A DNA stretch of 64,000 bases from assembly GCA_963810585.1 (NCBI GenBank), contig CAWENV010000001.1, positions 232,596 through 296,595 of the forward strand, given 5' to 3'. Position 1 is the first letter of the stretch, and each line of letters opens with the position of its first letter. The DNA is from an uncultured Alphaproteobacteria bacterium (GTDB lineage: Bacteria; Pseudomonadota; Alphaproteobacteria; Rhizobiales; Xanthobacteraceae). The translations under genes were made by a program, and so were the position numbers. Under the pieces are notes generated by a model. The model was not told the origin of the DNA. It saw only the letters and a program-made list of their open reading frames with translations, and made no database searches. Shown in pieces: positions 19,483 to 30,278 of this stretch.

Positions 19483-21806
19483 GTAGTCCCCTCCGACCGC
19501 GGCTGCCCAAGATAAGAATATGGCGTCAGATAGGAGGAGCTTTGGTAGTAGTCGTAAAATCTCAACCGCCGCATATCGACACGTGTGAGAACTGTCCCCA
19601 GAACACGATCGTAGGAGAGAGCCAGAGTCCCAAGCGCTTGAGCGACGACATCTTGCGGCGTGCTATCCCACCGAATGGTGACGATGACACGATCTGCGAT
19701 CTCGGCTAAGGCGCGACCATCGACCAATGGAATAAGTGGCGGCGAGTTGATAATGACGTAGTCGAAGTGTTTCCGGAGCTGATCGAGGATATTGATCATC
19801 GCGTCAGAGAAAACGAATTCACTGCTACTCAGCTGTTTTCTCGGCGGCGAAGGAAGAATTGCAAGTCCGGTTGCGCGGTCAAATAACAGAGCCTGTTCGA
19901 ACTTTGCTACGCCGGCCGCCACCTCGATCGCCCCGGCGCTTGCACGCGGGCACAAAGACCGGCTCATTTCAGGGTTTCGTAAGTCTCCCTCGACCAAAAT
20001 CGTTCGCATGCCTACGGCAGCAAGCGAAAACGCTAGATTTACCGCGAGCGTCGTCTTGCCCTCCCCGTCGACAGACGAGCACACCATGATGGTTTTAACC
20101 GGCGACGTGCGTGACGCTCGCTGGATTGCAAGGCGAACACCGCGCACCGATTCCGCGAACAGTGACGTCGGCTCGTCGAGGACATACCGCATCAACGGGG
20201 GTTGCATGGCCGAAGGAAGCAACGTCGCAGAGTTCGGATCGTATTGATCCAGGTCCCGCCGGCCACGGATCGCACGGTTGGCGAGTTCGCGCGGTCCAAT
20301 TTGCGGTACCGCGGCAAGCGTCGGGACACCGGATATTTCTTCAGCTTGCCGCAACGACTTCACCCGCCGGTCGAAATGGTCGACCACGAATGCCAAGACG
20401 CTTCCCAACCCAATCCCCCCGACCAACGCAAAGGCAAGAATAAGTGCCGTCTTTGGAAACGAAGGACTGATAGGGATATTCGCTCTGGAAACGATACGTG
20501 AATCAGGCAGCTCCACGCTTTCCTGTGCGCTCGTCTCCTTGTACCGGGCGAGGAAAGACGCATAGAGCGTGCGATTCGCATCCGCTTCCCGTTGGAGCTC
20601 GCGCAATCTGACCTGATCATTTCCGGATGCGTTCGAAACGCCTTTAAGATCATCAAGGCTTTTCTGAAGTGCATCTTCTCGCGAGCGAGCCACCTGGAGT
20701 GACTGGCGCGTACTTTCAAGAATACGTTGGACTTCTTCATTGATAAGTTTCTGCGTCTCTCGCAGCTGGGCCCTTGCATTGATCACCAAGGGGTGCTGGC
20801 CACTGAATTTGCTTGATACGTCGGCGAGGTTTTTCGCCACATCGGCATATTGTGCACGTAGCCGCGCGATGACGTCGGAGGATAACGCTTGGCCCAACGT
20901 GCCAGGGTCAGCGTTCGTCCGCGCAATATTCTGAACTTGTTCAAATTTAGCGCGGGCTTCGGCGGATTGAACGTGAGCTTCGATAAGTTTGTTATTCAGG
21001 TCGCCGAGCTGCTGGTCGTTGATCGTAACGCCCTGCGCTACATTCAAATTGTGAGCGGCACGATACTCCTCAACGGCCCGATCGGACGCAAGCACATGCG
21101 TCTTCAGGTCTTCGATCTGCTTGTTAAACCACGACGCAGCTGTTTTTTGAGTGTCGTACCGGCTGTGGACCAATTCGTAAAAGTAAGAGTCGGTGATTGC
21201 ATTCGCAATCTTGGCGGATTTTTCCGGACTCTCCGAGCTGACATCAATGTTGATGAGAAACGTCGTCGCCTCGCGCGTCACCTTCAATCGTTTTCGTAGC
21301 AAAAAGTCGACCGTTGCCGCTGTTGCAACATCCTGCTCGCTCTGTCCCGGGGCCAGTGTCCGAGGCGACGTGAACAGGCTCTTGACCCAGCCAATGATGG
21401 TGGAATGCGGCCCGAATTCAGGATCGCGTGCCAGATTTAGTTCGTTCACCATGCGTTGCAATACGGTGACCGATTGTATGAGCGAAACCTGGCTGTTGAT
21501 GGCCGCATCGTCGGTCGCGGAATTAGATTGAGCGGATTGATTATTGTTGTTCTCGACGACGCTGCTGCGGTGCGGATCTATCAAGACCGTCGAGGTCGCC
21601 GTGTACAATGGCGTCGCAATCAGAACGAAGATGATTGCCGCGGTCAGCAGCGCAACGGCTGTCGCAATTACGATCCAGCGACGTCGGCTCAGAATTTGAG
21701 CGATATGCCGCAGATCGATTGCATGGCTCCCTTGGTCTCCGTCCGGCACGAACGGGGCCTCCATCAAAGCCTTGCGGTCGTGATAGTCAGAAGTGGGCTG
21801 AAGCAT
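19479..21806 (-). CDS. wzc: Wzc/ExoP/GumC polysaccharide co-polymerase with tyrosine-kinase domain
   Basis: IDLRHIAQILSRR, YTATSTVLID, two TM segments with coiled coil between, Walker A GEGKTT, Tyr-rich C-terminal tail (YDYYQSSSYLTPYSY). Confidence 0.93.
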   Translation of the reverse strand: MLQPTSDYHDRKALMEAPFVPDGDQGSHAIDLRHIAQILSRRRWIVIATAVALLTAAIIFVLIATPLYTATSTVLIDPHRSSVVENNNNQSAQSNSATDDAAINSQVSLIQSVTVLQRMVNELNLARDPEFGPHSTIIGWVKSLFTSPRTLAPGQSEQDVATAATVDFLLRKRLKVTREATTFLINIDVSSESPEKSAKIANAITDSYFYELVHSRYDTQKTAASWFNKQIEDLKTHVLASDRAVEEYRAAHNLNVAQGVTINDQQLGDLNNKLIEAHVQSAEARAKFEQVQNIARTNADPGTLGQALSSDVIARLRAQYADVAKNLADVSSKFSGQHPLVINARAQLRETQKLINEEVQRILESTRQSLQVARSREDALQKSLDDLKGVSNASGNDQVRLRELQREADANRTLYASFLARYKETSAQESVELPDSRIVSRANIPISPSFPKTALILAFALVGGIGLGSVLAFVVDHFDRRVKSLRQAEEISGVPTLAAVPQIGPRELANRAIRGRRDLDQYDPNSATLLPSAMQPPLMRYVLDEPTSLFAESVRGVRLAIQRASRTSPVKTIMVCSSVDGEGKTTLAVNLAFSLAAVGMRTILVEGDLRNPEMSRSLCPRASAGAIEVAAGVAKFEQALLFDRATGLAILPSPPRKQLSSSEFVFSDAMINILDQLRKHFDYVIINSPPLIPLVDGRALAEIADRVIVTIRWDSTPQDVVAQALGTLALSYDRVLGTVLTRVDMRRLRFYDYYQSSSYLTPYSYLGQPRSEGTT

Positions 21807-23151
21807 TCAGGCCTACCACGTGCTTGCTGAAGATGGCTGCAGGGTCGTTACTATCGCGCCGCGTGAACGCGTATCGGAGTGAAAGAGAAAGGACGTTGTT
21901 CAAGGCGTACTTAATCTGCGCGCCGGCTGCGTAGACGTTGTCGTCGCGGGGCTGGCCCTGAAAACGATCGTTTTCGTATGTGGCCGTAGTCGATACGACG
22001 ACGTTCGGTCGAAATTCGTAATCGAGCCCCAATTGCGCCGCACTCGCGAGAATTCCAGTTGCGCTGGTATCTGACGCGTCTGTCACTATTTGTTCAGCGT
22101 TGAAATGGACATCCACTTTGCGCGACGGACTCCACACCAACATGACGCGATATGTCGGGCCTTCAATGTCACCAATCGAGGATGCGAAAAAGTGTTGCCG
22201 CTGATAGCCCGCCGCAATTTCACCTTTGATGAGATGAGTAAACTCGAGATCAAACCCGGCAAGTGCGCGGTACCCGTAAGATTTCAACGACTGCGTGGGC
22301 GTCCCACGCAAATCTCGCCAGTTGCCTTCGACCGAAGTAAAAACTGCTGATTTTTCTGAAAACGCGTAGTCGACCCTACTGTGTCCCGTATAGATCGGCC
22401 CGTCGCGTGAATCCTGAGTGATAATCGATCCATTCTGTGCAACGGTTGAGCCAAAATTGTAGGAGTCAACACGGCCACCGACTGATGTCGTGAAACGTCC
22501 GAGCTCTTTTCGCAGGGTCAGATCACCGGAGACGATACTGAAGGGCGTCGGTTGAACGGCACCCGTCGGCGACGTCAGCGAGCCAACCCCCTCATGAAGA
22601 AAACCTACATTGAAGAGGCCCAAAAGCTGCGTGCTGTGATCGATGTCGTAGTGACCGCTACTCGTAAACGTCGCGTCGGTTTGGTTCAGACCTGAGTGAT
22701 TGCTGTACAAAGTGGACACCGTCGATAGCTGAACGTTGATGCCATGGCGCTCCCACAGACTGCTTCCTGCCAGACTTGCTCCGAGCACTGTCGCGACGTC
22801 ACCTTGCTGGCCGCTCGGCGATGAAAAGACATTGCTGTCATAGAACGCGCCCGCCCCCAGCGAGGGATGGAACATCCAGTCACCTTCTCGGATACCCCGC
22901 GCCGCATACTCTGGGTAAAACCTGTTTTTGACGGGCGTATCCTCAGGCGCGACCTCTTCTCCAATCGTGGTCGGGTCCACCAATTGCGGCAGCGCCGCCG
23001 GATTAAAGATGTGTTGGGCATTCCAAGGCGGCATCAAGATCTCCTGCGCGGGAATGACTTGCGCATCTGACCGGGAGGCCGAAGCGGCAAGCATTCCGGC
23101 GAATAGCGCCGGCCGCACCAAGAGACATTTCCTCACGCTCAACGGGTTCAC
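21787..23151 (-). CDS. Outer-membrane beta-barrel protein associated with polysaccharide export
   Basis: Signal peptide, alternating beta-strand pattern, YDSNVF motif, C-terminal Phe. Located between wza and wzc. Confidence 0.8.
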   Translation of the reverse strand: MNPLSVRKCLLVRPALFAGMLAASASRSDAQVIPAQEILMPPWNAQHIFNPAALPQLVDPTTIGEEVAPEDTPVKNRFYPEYAARGIREGDWMFHPSLGAGAFYDSNVFSSPSGQQGDVATVLGASLAGSSLWERHGINVQLSTVSTLYSNHSGLNQTDATFTSSGHYDIDHSTQLLGLFNVGFLHEGVGSLTSPTGAVQPTPFSIVSGDLTLRKELGRFTTSVGGRVDSYNFGSTVAQNGSIITQDSRDGPIYTGHSRVDYAFSEKSAVFTSVEGNWRDLRGTPTQSLKSYGYRALAGFDLEFTHLIKGEIAAGYQRQHFFASSIGDIEGPTYRVMLVWSPSRKVDVHFNAEQIVTDASDTSATGILASAAQLGLDYEFRPNVVVSTTATYENDRFQGQPRDDNVYAAGAQIKYALNNVLSLSLRYAFTRRDSNDPAAIFSKHVVGLNASAHF

Positions 23152-23498
23152 TGATACTGGCCCTATCGCATGCGATCACCGAGCGGTCTTCGCCACGAGT
23201 TGGACCAGGCGGCCCGTTTTTTTATCACTCGTATCCGCGGTCCGACTGACCGGGCAACACTCCTGCAACGGTTCAGAATCCTCTCTCCGCATAACATTGC
23301 CGGATTTTCTGTTCCGTCAAATATGTCGCCCGACGAAAACTGCGACGAACTCCAATACGATGACTGAACACATGGATCGATAAACCGTTCCCGCTCTGCA
23401 AAATGGAACGTTGATGCACGCGTTCTCCACGTCTGATCGGAATGGCACTCAGCATTTTAAAAACCTATGAGTTGATTCGAATTTGAGGTGGAACGAGG

Positions 23499-24089
23499 TC
23501 AGAACATCCGCTCTGAAACCCGAATGTTGTCGCCGGGAAAGATTTGCTTTGGCACATCGAGTCTCACGACCTCCTGTGTGTGCCCCCCAGCATGTTGTAA
23601 GTAGATGGTGCTTTCGTCCGCGCGATAGGTCAGACCGCCCGCAGTCGCAATTGCATCCGCAACGGTGAGGCCGGGCTGAAATGAATAAACACCGGCCTTT
23701 TTAACCTCGCCAAAGATGTAGAAAGGCGCATATGACGACATCTCGATATTGATGTTTGGATTCTGGGCAACGGTGCCTTTCATTCGCGCCGCCACCGATT
23801 TTTCAAGCTGGTTTGTCGTTAAGCCGGCTGCTCTGATCTGGCCGATGAGTGGGAGCGACACAAAGCCGGCGCTATTGACTTCGTAGTCGCCCGTTAAATT
23901 TGCGTCGTCGTAGTCGCGCAAATGCACCTTGTCGCCGGGACCCAGAATGTATGGGCCGGCAGATCCACGTGTCGGTACCGGGCTGTCATAACTCGACAGT
24001 GCAACATTTGTGGGGCCGTTTGCGGAAGCGCTGCACGCCGCCAGCGCCACAACTGATAATAGACAAAATATGTTTGCACGCCGAAACAT
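23499..24089 (-). CDS. wza: Wza/ExoF polysaccharide export lipoprotein
   Basis: Lipobox LAAC, YILGPGD, G.VSLPLIG, FYIFGEVKKAG, AGGLTYRA, PGDNIRV motifs. Confidence 0.92.
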   Translation of the reverse strand: MFRRANIFCLLSVVALAACSASANGPTNVALSSYDSPVPTRGSAGPYILGPGDKVHLRDYDDANLTGDYEVNSAGFVSLPLIGQIRAAGLTTNQLEKSVAARMKGTVAQNPNINIEMSSYAPFYIFGEVKKAGVYSFQPGLTVADAIATAGGLTYRADESTIYLQHAGGHTQEVVRLDVPKQIFPGDNIRVSERMF

Positions 24090-24162
24090 GAACGCGTCCC
24101 CCGATACTCTTACGCTCGCAATTTTCGTGCCTAGGCAGCACGGACATCCCTTACCCCCGCAA

Positions 24163-24187
24163 AACTATGAGCAGCGCGCTTGGTTCC
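24163..24187 (-). promoter_or_regulatory. Possible EcfG-type promoter upstream of wza (GGAAC-N16-AGTT)
   Basis: The minus strand reads GGAACCAAGCGCGCTGCTCATAGTT, one mismatch to GGAAC-N16-CGTT, about 75 nt upstream of the wza start. Confidence 0.4.
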
Positions 24188-24640
24188 GAATTGCCCGAAA
24201 TATTTTTATCGTCGATGAAACTTTTTCAGCGGTATCTCAGAACCATTTTTGGAATTGCGTGCCGTTTAATCGAGCATGCTTACTGAAAATATAATCAAGC
24301 GTCGGGCAATCAAATATTGATTGCGAACATTCTATTCCGCTTGTGAGGACTCGAGCAGAAACTTCGATCGGGAAAAAACTTCTTAAAATGAAACTGACTT
24401 AAGGTGTGTGATACAGCGTAGGCACGCGTGCTGATTTCGTTAGCGTTCCTTCGAAAATTGTGCACCAGAAACGCTATTCATTGGTTGTCTGCCTTATTAA
24501 AGGTCACTCTGCAAAAAAATAACACACCTTGTGATCGGAGTTGGTCTCAATGTTTTCACATTGTGGGCTAACCTGACTTCTGACGCATCGCGCACTGCGA
24601 GTCCGAGCGATTTAGGATTTATCTTCAGCGGAGCACGACA

Positions 24641-25403
24641 ATGCGATTTGGCATCTCTGTCCTGTCTGATCGCGGCTTTAGATTAAATATTGCAGCTCTC
24701 GTTTCCACCCCCGCGACGACACGATCGCGATGGCACAATGTACAAAGGGGTACGTCGTCTCACCGCCGCGTAAACACCGCTGCTCGCGAGTCGTCATTTG
24801 TGCTCCTCATGGTGAAGCGGGCGATTGACATCGTCGGTGCCACCTTTGGCCTTTTGCTATTCGCGCCGCTACTCATTGCAATCGCGATTGCAATCAAGAC
24901 GACATCGCCGGGGCCAGTGTTTTTTCGACAAAAACGCTACGGCTATCACAATCGCCGTTTTTGGATTTACAAATTTCGGACAATGTTTACGCATCTCGCC
25001 GACCATCGGGGAACCCGCCAAACGACTGCGGACGACCCGCGCGTGACGCCGATCGGGCGCATTTTACGCAAAACAAGCCTGGATGAGCTTCCACAACTCA
25101 TAAACGTTCTCAAAGGCGACATGTCACTCGTGGGACCGCGTCCGCACGTGCCGGGTATGCTGGCAGCGGGATTATTGTACGAGCAATTCACCCCCTACTA
25201 TTTCCAGCGGCATAACATGCGCCCAGGCATCACGGGTTTGGCGCAGGTGTCTGGCTATCGCGGCAGCACGACCGTCCCACTATCCGCGATAGAACGGCTC
25301 GACCACGACTTGCAATACATCGAGAAATGGTCACTTGGACTTCGATCTATCGATCATCGCGCGGACGGTCACTCGGGAATTTATTTCGGGCTCCGGCGAC
25401 TGA
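24641..25403 (+). CDS. Priming sugar transferase (WcaJ/ExoY/PssA-type), +1 frameshift at about 25341
   Basis: [61 protein letters not shown] motifs. Removing one T restores [17 protein letters not shown]-stop at 25403 (253 aa). Confidence 0.9.
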
Positions 25404-25540
25404 CGGTCCCTCCCAGGAAGCGCCTGAGTGGTACCCCCCTCAACTGTGACCCCAATTTCTCAATCACGGAATGTGGAATTTAGCCGCCGCGTTAAGCTGT
25501 CGCATCGAACGCGCCGTAAATTGAGAGCCGTTCTAGCCCA

Positions 25541-25565
25541 GGAACCAACGCACGCAACACGCGTT
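25541..25565 (+). promoter_or_regulatory. EcfG (general stress response ECF sigma) promoter
   Basis: GGAAC-CAACGCACGCAACACG-CGTT, a perfect GGAAC-N16-CGTT, 35 nt upstream of ATG 25601. Confidence 0.7.
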
Positions 25566-25600
25566 ATGCGGCGGTCCACAAACGAAGAAGAGACGCAGAA

Positions 25601-25768
25601 ATGACGGCGAAACAGTTTCTCCGGACCGAAAGCACATACTGCCGCCAGCGCGCCGAAGCATGCGCAGATCGATTTATCGCCGAGGAACTACGTCGATTGG
25701 CTGATTGCTTCGAAAAAACCGCCGCAGCCCAGCTTGGCCCGACGGCTTCCGCATTGCCCCAATCTTAG
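25601..25768 (+). CDS. Small hypothetical protein (55 aa), missing from the ORF track
   Basis: MTAKQFLRTESTYCRQRAEACADRFIAEELRRLADCFEKTAAAQLGPTASALPQS; purine-rich RBS region and EcfG-type promoter upstream. Confidence 0.65.
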   Translation: MTAKQFLRTESTYCRQRAEACADRFIAEELRRLADCFEKTAAAQLGPTASALPQS

Positions 25769-25937
25769 GGCGTCCCCGTCGGCTATCATCCTCAGGCGAA
25801 GATGCGCTATTTGGGGGTTGCGCGGCCCTGAGCGCGCCGCGGATTGTAAGCGTCTAGCGGTCGACTATAACTGCACCTTCGGAGCGGCACATGGCGCAAC
25901 TACCGAGGGTAGTTAGGCTATAGTTACGCTCGACCTA

Positions 25938-28367
25938 GTGGAAATCTTTCATCGAAAAGTCCATCATTTCGTCTGCACCGGGACCGGATCACCTGTGACC
26001 AGCCTTCCGCCATCTGACCGCGTTCTGGCAGAGCCACCACGCGTCATTAAACCTCGTAACCTTGCGCTCGGGATCGAGCGTATTGGCTTTTTCGCGCTAT
26101 CGCACCGCACGCTGTGTGCGCTCGCTTTCATTATCCTGAGCGCAATCGCGGCGGTCGGATTTGCGCGGGTGAAAGTCGATGATTCGCTGAGCCAACTATT
26201 TCGATCCGATACCGACGAATTTCGCACCTATGAAGAAGTCACGCGCCGATTTCCTTCAAACGAATTCGACGTCCTCATCGTCATTGAGGGTGATCAATTA
26301 CTCGAACGGTCCTCACTTCAGAAATTGCGTGATCTTGCGATCGGTCTCCAGCTCATTGACGGCACCAGAGGCCTGATCTCGATATTTTCCGCCCGCGAAC
26401 CTGCTGAAAGCGGGCAGATCCCCCCTCCCTTGTTCCCCGATCCATTGCCCGAAGGTGCCGAATACCAATCGCTGCTCAATCGGGTGATGTCGAATGAAAT
26501 CATCCATGACAAAATGTTGTCGCCCGACGGCAAGTTGACGCTGATGGTTCTCGCTTTGGATCCGGCCGCAATAGGGCCGGACAGTCTCAATAAGATTGTC
26601 GACGAGGTTCGCAACGAAGTTAAGACTGAATTGGCGGGCACCGGCTTGAAAGGCGAGCTGTCCGGGGTACCCGTGATGCAACACGAAATACGCAAGGCGA
26701 TTCAGACCGATCGCCTTTTATACAATTCGCTTGGGTTTGTCGTCGGCTGCCTGATCGCGATCATGTTTTTCCGCCGCTTCTCGTTCATGATCATTGCCGC
26801 CGGCCCGCCGCTTATCGCCATTCTGCTCGCGCTGGGCGCGCTTGGATGGTTCGGCTTTAGCCTCAATATGTTTCTGAATGTGATGACGCCGCTCATCATG
26901 GTGATCAGCTTTTCCGACAGCATGCAAATCACGTTTGCTGCGCGCGATCGCCTTCTTGCCGGCGACGATAAAGTCACAGCTTTTCGTAACGCGCTTCTTA
27001 TTGTCGGGCCGGCTTGCGTTCTGACCCACGCGACCGCAGGCGTGTCGTTTATTGCTTTACAATTTTCGTCGTCCGACCTCATTCGGACCTTCGGCGAGGC
27101 GGGTCTGGTTGCCGTCGCCGTCGCCCTGGTAGCGGTCTTGATGGGCGTACCGTTGCTCGGTGTGCTGCTGATCCGCAACGAGGCCGAATTCGTTGCCTCT
27201 GTCAGGAACATGGACACCGCACTAAACGTCCTGCGGCGCTTTTGCGGCTGGATCGCCATTCGCATGGTGGCGCGGCCTGGCCTCTACTCCGCGATAAGCC
27301 TTGTTGTCGTCATCGCACTCTCGTTCGGCTACGCGCAACTCCAGGCTCGCTATCGCCTTGCCGACCAGGTGCCGGACCGCGAGCAGGCCGTGCGCGCCAG
27401 CAACCGGCTCGACGTCAAGCTTACCGGTGCTAATCCGTTCGATGTCTATATCCAATTCCCGAAAGGCGCTTCGCTCTATTCACCGGAAACACTGGCGGTA
27501 ATTGCCGATGTTCATGCCCTGCTGGAGCATCAACCCGGCGTTGGCAACGTATGGTCGCTAGATACGCTGCGGCGCTGGCTTGCCGACAAATTGCACAAAA
27601 CCGACGTCGACACCCTCAAACAATATGTCGATCTGCTGCCCCCATACCTTACGCGTCGGTTCGTTTCGGCTGAAAAAGACGCCGTTATTGTCAGCGGCCG
27701 CGTTCCGGATTCAGACGCCAGTCAATTGCTGCCAATCGTCGATCGGGCGGATGAAGAATTGAACAGCATTCGCGCAAAACATCCCGGTTATAAGATCGCC
27801 GTTACTGGTCTGTCGGTGATCTCGGCGCGTAATAGCGCGCTCATGATCGACAAGCTGAGCAGAGGGCTGACAATTGAAATCGTTTTCGTCGCAGCATTTA
27901 TCGGCCTCGCATTCTGGTCTCCCGTTGTCATGCTGATCAGCATATTGCCGGGCCTGTTTCCGATTGTTCTTGCCGGAAGCCTGCTGTTCGTCTTAGGCCA
28001 GGGATTGCAATTCGCGAGCGTCATCGCCTTGACCGTGTCATTTGGCCTTGGACTCAGCGCGACTATTCACTTTCTCAACCGGTTGCAGATCGAAGATATT
28101 GACGCCGACCCAGCCGTCGGCGTCGAACGCGCGACCATTCTCGTCGGCCCTCCATTGATCTTGACTTCGGCCGTGCTGGCCTGCGGCCTGGCAATGACCG
28201 TTCTGTCCAGTTTGCCTTCGCTGCGAATTTTCGGCTGGCTAAGCGCGTTTGCAATGGTGGCCGCGCTCATTGCCGACCTTTTTATGTTGCGGCCCATCGC
28301 CACTTTCCTCAGCAAGATCGTGCGCCGGGTATCCCACCGATCTCTACTAAGGTCGTCCGCCGAATAG
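25938..28367 (+). CDS. MMPL/RND family transporter (second, HpnN-paralogous)
   Basis: Two repeats of one TM, a large loop and a TM bundle; SGVP, SFSDSMQI, GLGLSATIHF motifs; 809 aa. Confidence 0.88.
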   Translation: MEIFHRKVHHFVCTGTGSPVTSLPPSDRVLAEPPRVIKPRNLALGIERIGFFALSHRTLCALAFIILSAIAAVGFARVKVDDSLSQLFRSDTDEFRTYEEVTRRFPSNEFDVLIVIEGDQLLERSSLQKLRDLAIGLQLIDGTRGLISIFSAREPAESGQIPPPLFPDPLPEGAEYQSLLNRVMSNEIIHDKMLSPDGKLTLMVLALDPAAIGPDSLNKIVDEVRNEVKTELAGTGLKGELSGVPVMQHEIRKAIQTDRLLYNSLGFVVGCLIAIMFFRRFSFMIIAAGPPLIAILLALGALGWFGFSLNMFLNVMTPLIMVISFSDSMQITFAARDRLLAGDDKVTAFRNALLIVGPACVLTHATAGVSFIALQFSSSDLIRTFGEAGLVAVAVALVAVLMGVPLLGVLLIRNEAEFVASVRNMDTALNVLRRFCGWIAIRMVARPGLYSAISLVVVIALSFGYAQLQARYRLADQVPDREQAVRASNRLDVKLTGANPFDVYIQFPKGASLYSPETLAVIADVHALLEHQPGVGNVWSLDTLRRWLADKLHKTDVDTLKQYVDLLPPYLTRRFVSAEKDAVIVSGRVPDSDASQLLPIVDRADEELNSIRAKHPGYKIAVTGLSVISARNSALMIDKLSRGLTIEIVFVAAFIGLAFWSPVVMLISILPGLFPIVLAGSLLFVLGQGLQFASVIALTVSFGLGLSATIHFLNRLQIEDIDADPAVGVERATILVGPPLILTSAVLACGLAMTVLSSLPSLRIFGWLSAFAMVAALIADLFMLRPIATFLSKIVRRVSHRSLLRSSAE

Positions 28368-28378
28368 GGATTCGGTGA

Positions 28379-28921
28379 CTAGCCGCGCTTCAGCGAAAAC
28401 GAAGCGTTCTTGATGCCGGCCTGAGTATCATGCGGTCGGATGACAACGGACTGGTGGCCGCCGTGAGTGATTAAAGTCAAACTGGCCGCGAAGGAGGCTG
28501 CAGTCGCGACGACCTGGAAGCGATCACCCTCTGCCCTTCCGGAAATTGACCCGGCGACCATTCTCGTCGCTTCACTCCACGAACCCGTAATTGCGCCAGC
28601 CGAGTAATTCGCGCTGGCCCTCAAGTCAAAATTATAGCTTGCGCTGGCGCACCGAATGTTGAGCTGGAGGTTGCTCTGCTCGCGAAGAACATCATAGGTC
28701 GCACGACATCTGATCGTTTCGTGGACACCGTTAGATAGCTCGATCGTCCCGGAGCCCGACCATTGACCTGCCAATCGAGCAAAAGGTGCTATGCTTTGTG
28801 CGACACACGCACTGATCATGGAAAATGAAAGTGCTAGGCCAAAACAGGCCGCACTTATATACTTCAAAAATTGCGACGGCGCTGACATCGCTGCGCTCAG
28901 CCAACCGCCGCGCGCCAACAT
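28379..28921 (-). CDS. Hypothetical secreted protein
   Basis: Signal-peptide-like segment, then LAGQWSGSGTI..ETIRCRATY..IRCASASYNFDL; predicted beta-rich. Confidence 0.7.
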   Translation of the reverse strand: MLARGGWLSAAMSAPSQFLKYISAACFGLALSFSMISACVAQSIAPFARLAGQWSGSGTIELSNGVHETIRCRATYDVLREQSNLQLNIRCASASYNFDLRASANYSAGAITGSWSEATRMVAGSISGRAEGDRFQVVATAASFAASLTLITHGGHQSVVIRPHDTQAGIKNASFSLKRG

Positions 28922-29007
28922 CCTGTTGGCGATACTCTAATTCCCATGGAACGCGAAGCCCCCACCACGGTTGTCACCAACCATGCACGAAAGTCAGGCA
29001 CAAGACA

Positions 29008-29268
29008 ATGCACGTTAAATTCTGCGCTGCCGTCCTCTCGATACAACTCATCAGTGGAACCGCTCTTGCGGTTGAAAACAACCAACCCGCGAGCGCCCCT
29101 GGACTATTTCAGGGCACCGCGGAAGAGCAGGCAGCCTGCTCTCCGGACGCGAACAAATTCTGCCACGACGCAATCCCGGACACATTTCGCGTTCTCGCGT
29201 GCTTGCAGGAGCACCGCAAGTTACTCAGAAAGGTTTGCCTGAAGGTGCTGGAAGATCATGGCCAGTAA
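29008..29268 (+). CDS. Small secreted cysteine-rich-repeat protein (86 aa)
   Basis: Signal peptide, then GTAEEQAACSPDANKFC..VLACLQEHRKLLRKVC (4 Cys). ATG 29008. Confidence 0.75.
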   Translation: MHVKFCAAVLSIQLISGTALAVENNQPASAPGLFQGTAEEQAACSPDANKFCHDAIPDTFRVLACLQEHRKLLRKVCLKVLEDHGQ

Positions 29269-29705
29269 ATCGTAGCCGCGATTTCAGCGAGGCCGCGCCA
29301 AGAAATCAGCAATTCGATCGCTTTAAATTCGGCCTGGCAAAAGCGCCTATGCACCAACATCGGCAGGCCGCCCTTCGACCACAAAGTCACCTTCAGAACC
29401 GGCGATGCAACATGTCCGGGGGACAACTCAAGCGTGAAGTGACGCATGATCGCGGCGGGTTTTCGTGCGGAGTGGGTGCTGGCGAACTGAGCTCGGTGCG
29501 AAAATCGAGCACGATCGACGTCCCCTTTCAACGATACGCGGACATTAAACGGCAGCTTAATAAAAGTTTCCTGCCTAATCTCCACCCCCGTTCTAAGTTC
29601 CACCACATTGTAATCCGATTGCGATAAACAACGGAACCGGGCGTGATTTCGGCTATTTCTGACATTAGATGTCTGACCACCGCTGCGATTTAGGTGAACG
29701 CTCAT

Positions 29706-30278
29706 ATGCTATTCCGAATCGGTACTGCATTGATTGCTTGGCTCGTTGCGAGCGCCGCCGTCGCGCAACCGGCCCGCGTTTCCGCTCCGGTCCCGATCGG
29801 AGAGTGGCTTGTGGCCAAGCAGGTCGCACGTATCAAAATCATAGACTGCGAGGGCCGTTTGTGGGGCGTCGTGGCCTGGGAAGCCAAGCCCGGCGGCCTC
29901 GATAACAAAAACCCCGACCCTGCCCTGCGATCTCGGCCCACGCTTGGGATGCCAATTCTTCTCGGGATGGCGCAATCCAAAACAAACCAATGGGACGGGC
30001 AGATTTATAATTCACAAGACGGTCATACTTATTCCGCCAATATCAGTCTGGTAGATGCGAACACACTAAAGGTTCAGGGGTGTTTTCTCGGGTTCTTATG
30101 TGGTGGCGAAAATTGGACGCGCTTTGAGGCGCAAGACACACTTGGTGCGGCTCCGACCGTCAGCACGCCAAAATCGAACAACCGAAAGACTGCGGCCAAC
30201 ACGCCTGCGCCGGCGGACGACGTTTGCTCAAGAATTCCTGGAGCGACGGGGCTTACCCATGAGCGCGGGCTGAAATAG
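29706..30278 (+). CDS. DUF2147 domain protein
   Basis: Signal peptide; [49 protein letters not shown]. Confidence 0.85.
   Translation: MLFRIGTALIAWLVASAAVAQPARVSAPVPIGEWLVAKQVARIKIIDCEGRLWGVVAWEAKPGGLDNKNPDPALRSRPTLGMPILLGMAQSKTNQWDGQIYNSQDGHTYSANISLVDANTLKVQGCFLGFLCGGENWTRFEAQDTLGAAPTVSTPKSNNRKTAANTPAPADDVCSRIPGATGLTHERGLK

Noticed and set aside
29256-29705. 149-aa minus-strand ORF between the Cys-rich and DUF2147 genes
   Set aside because: No recognisable motif or convincing RBS, and it overlaps the flanking gene ends; I cannot support it as a gene, though it is not excluded.
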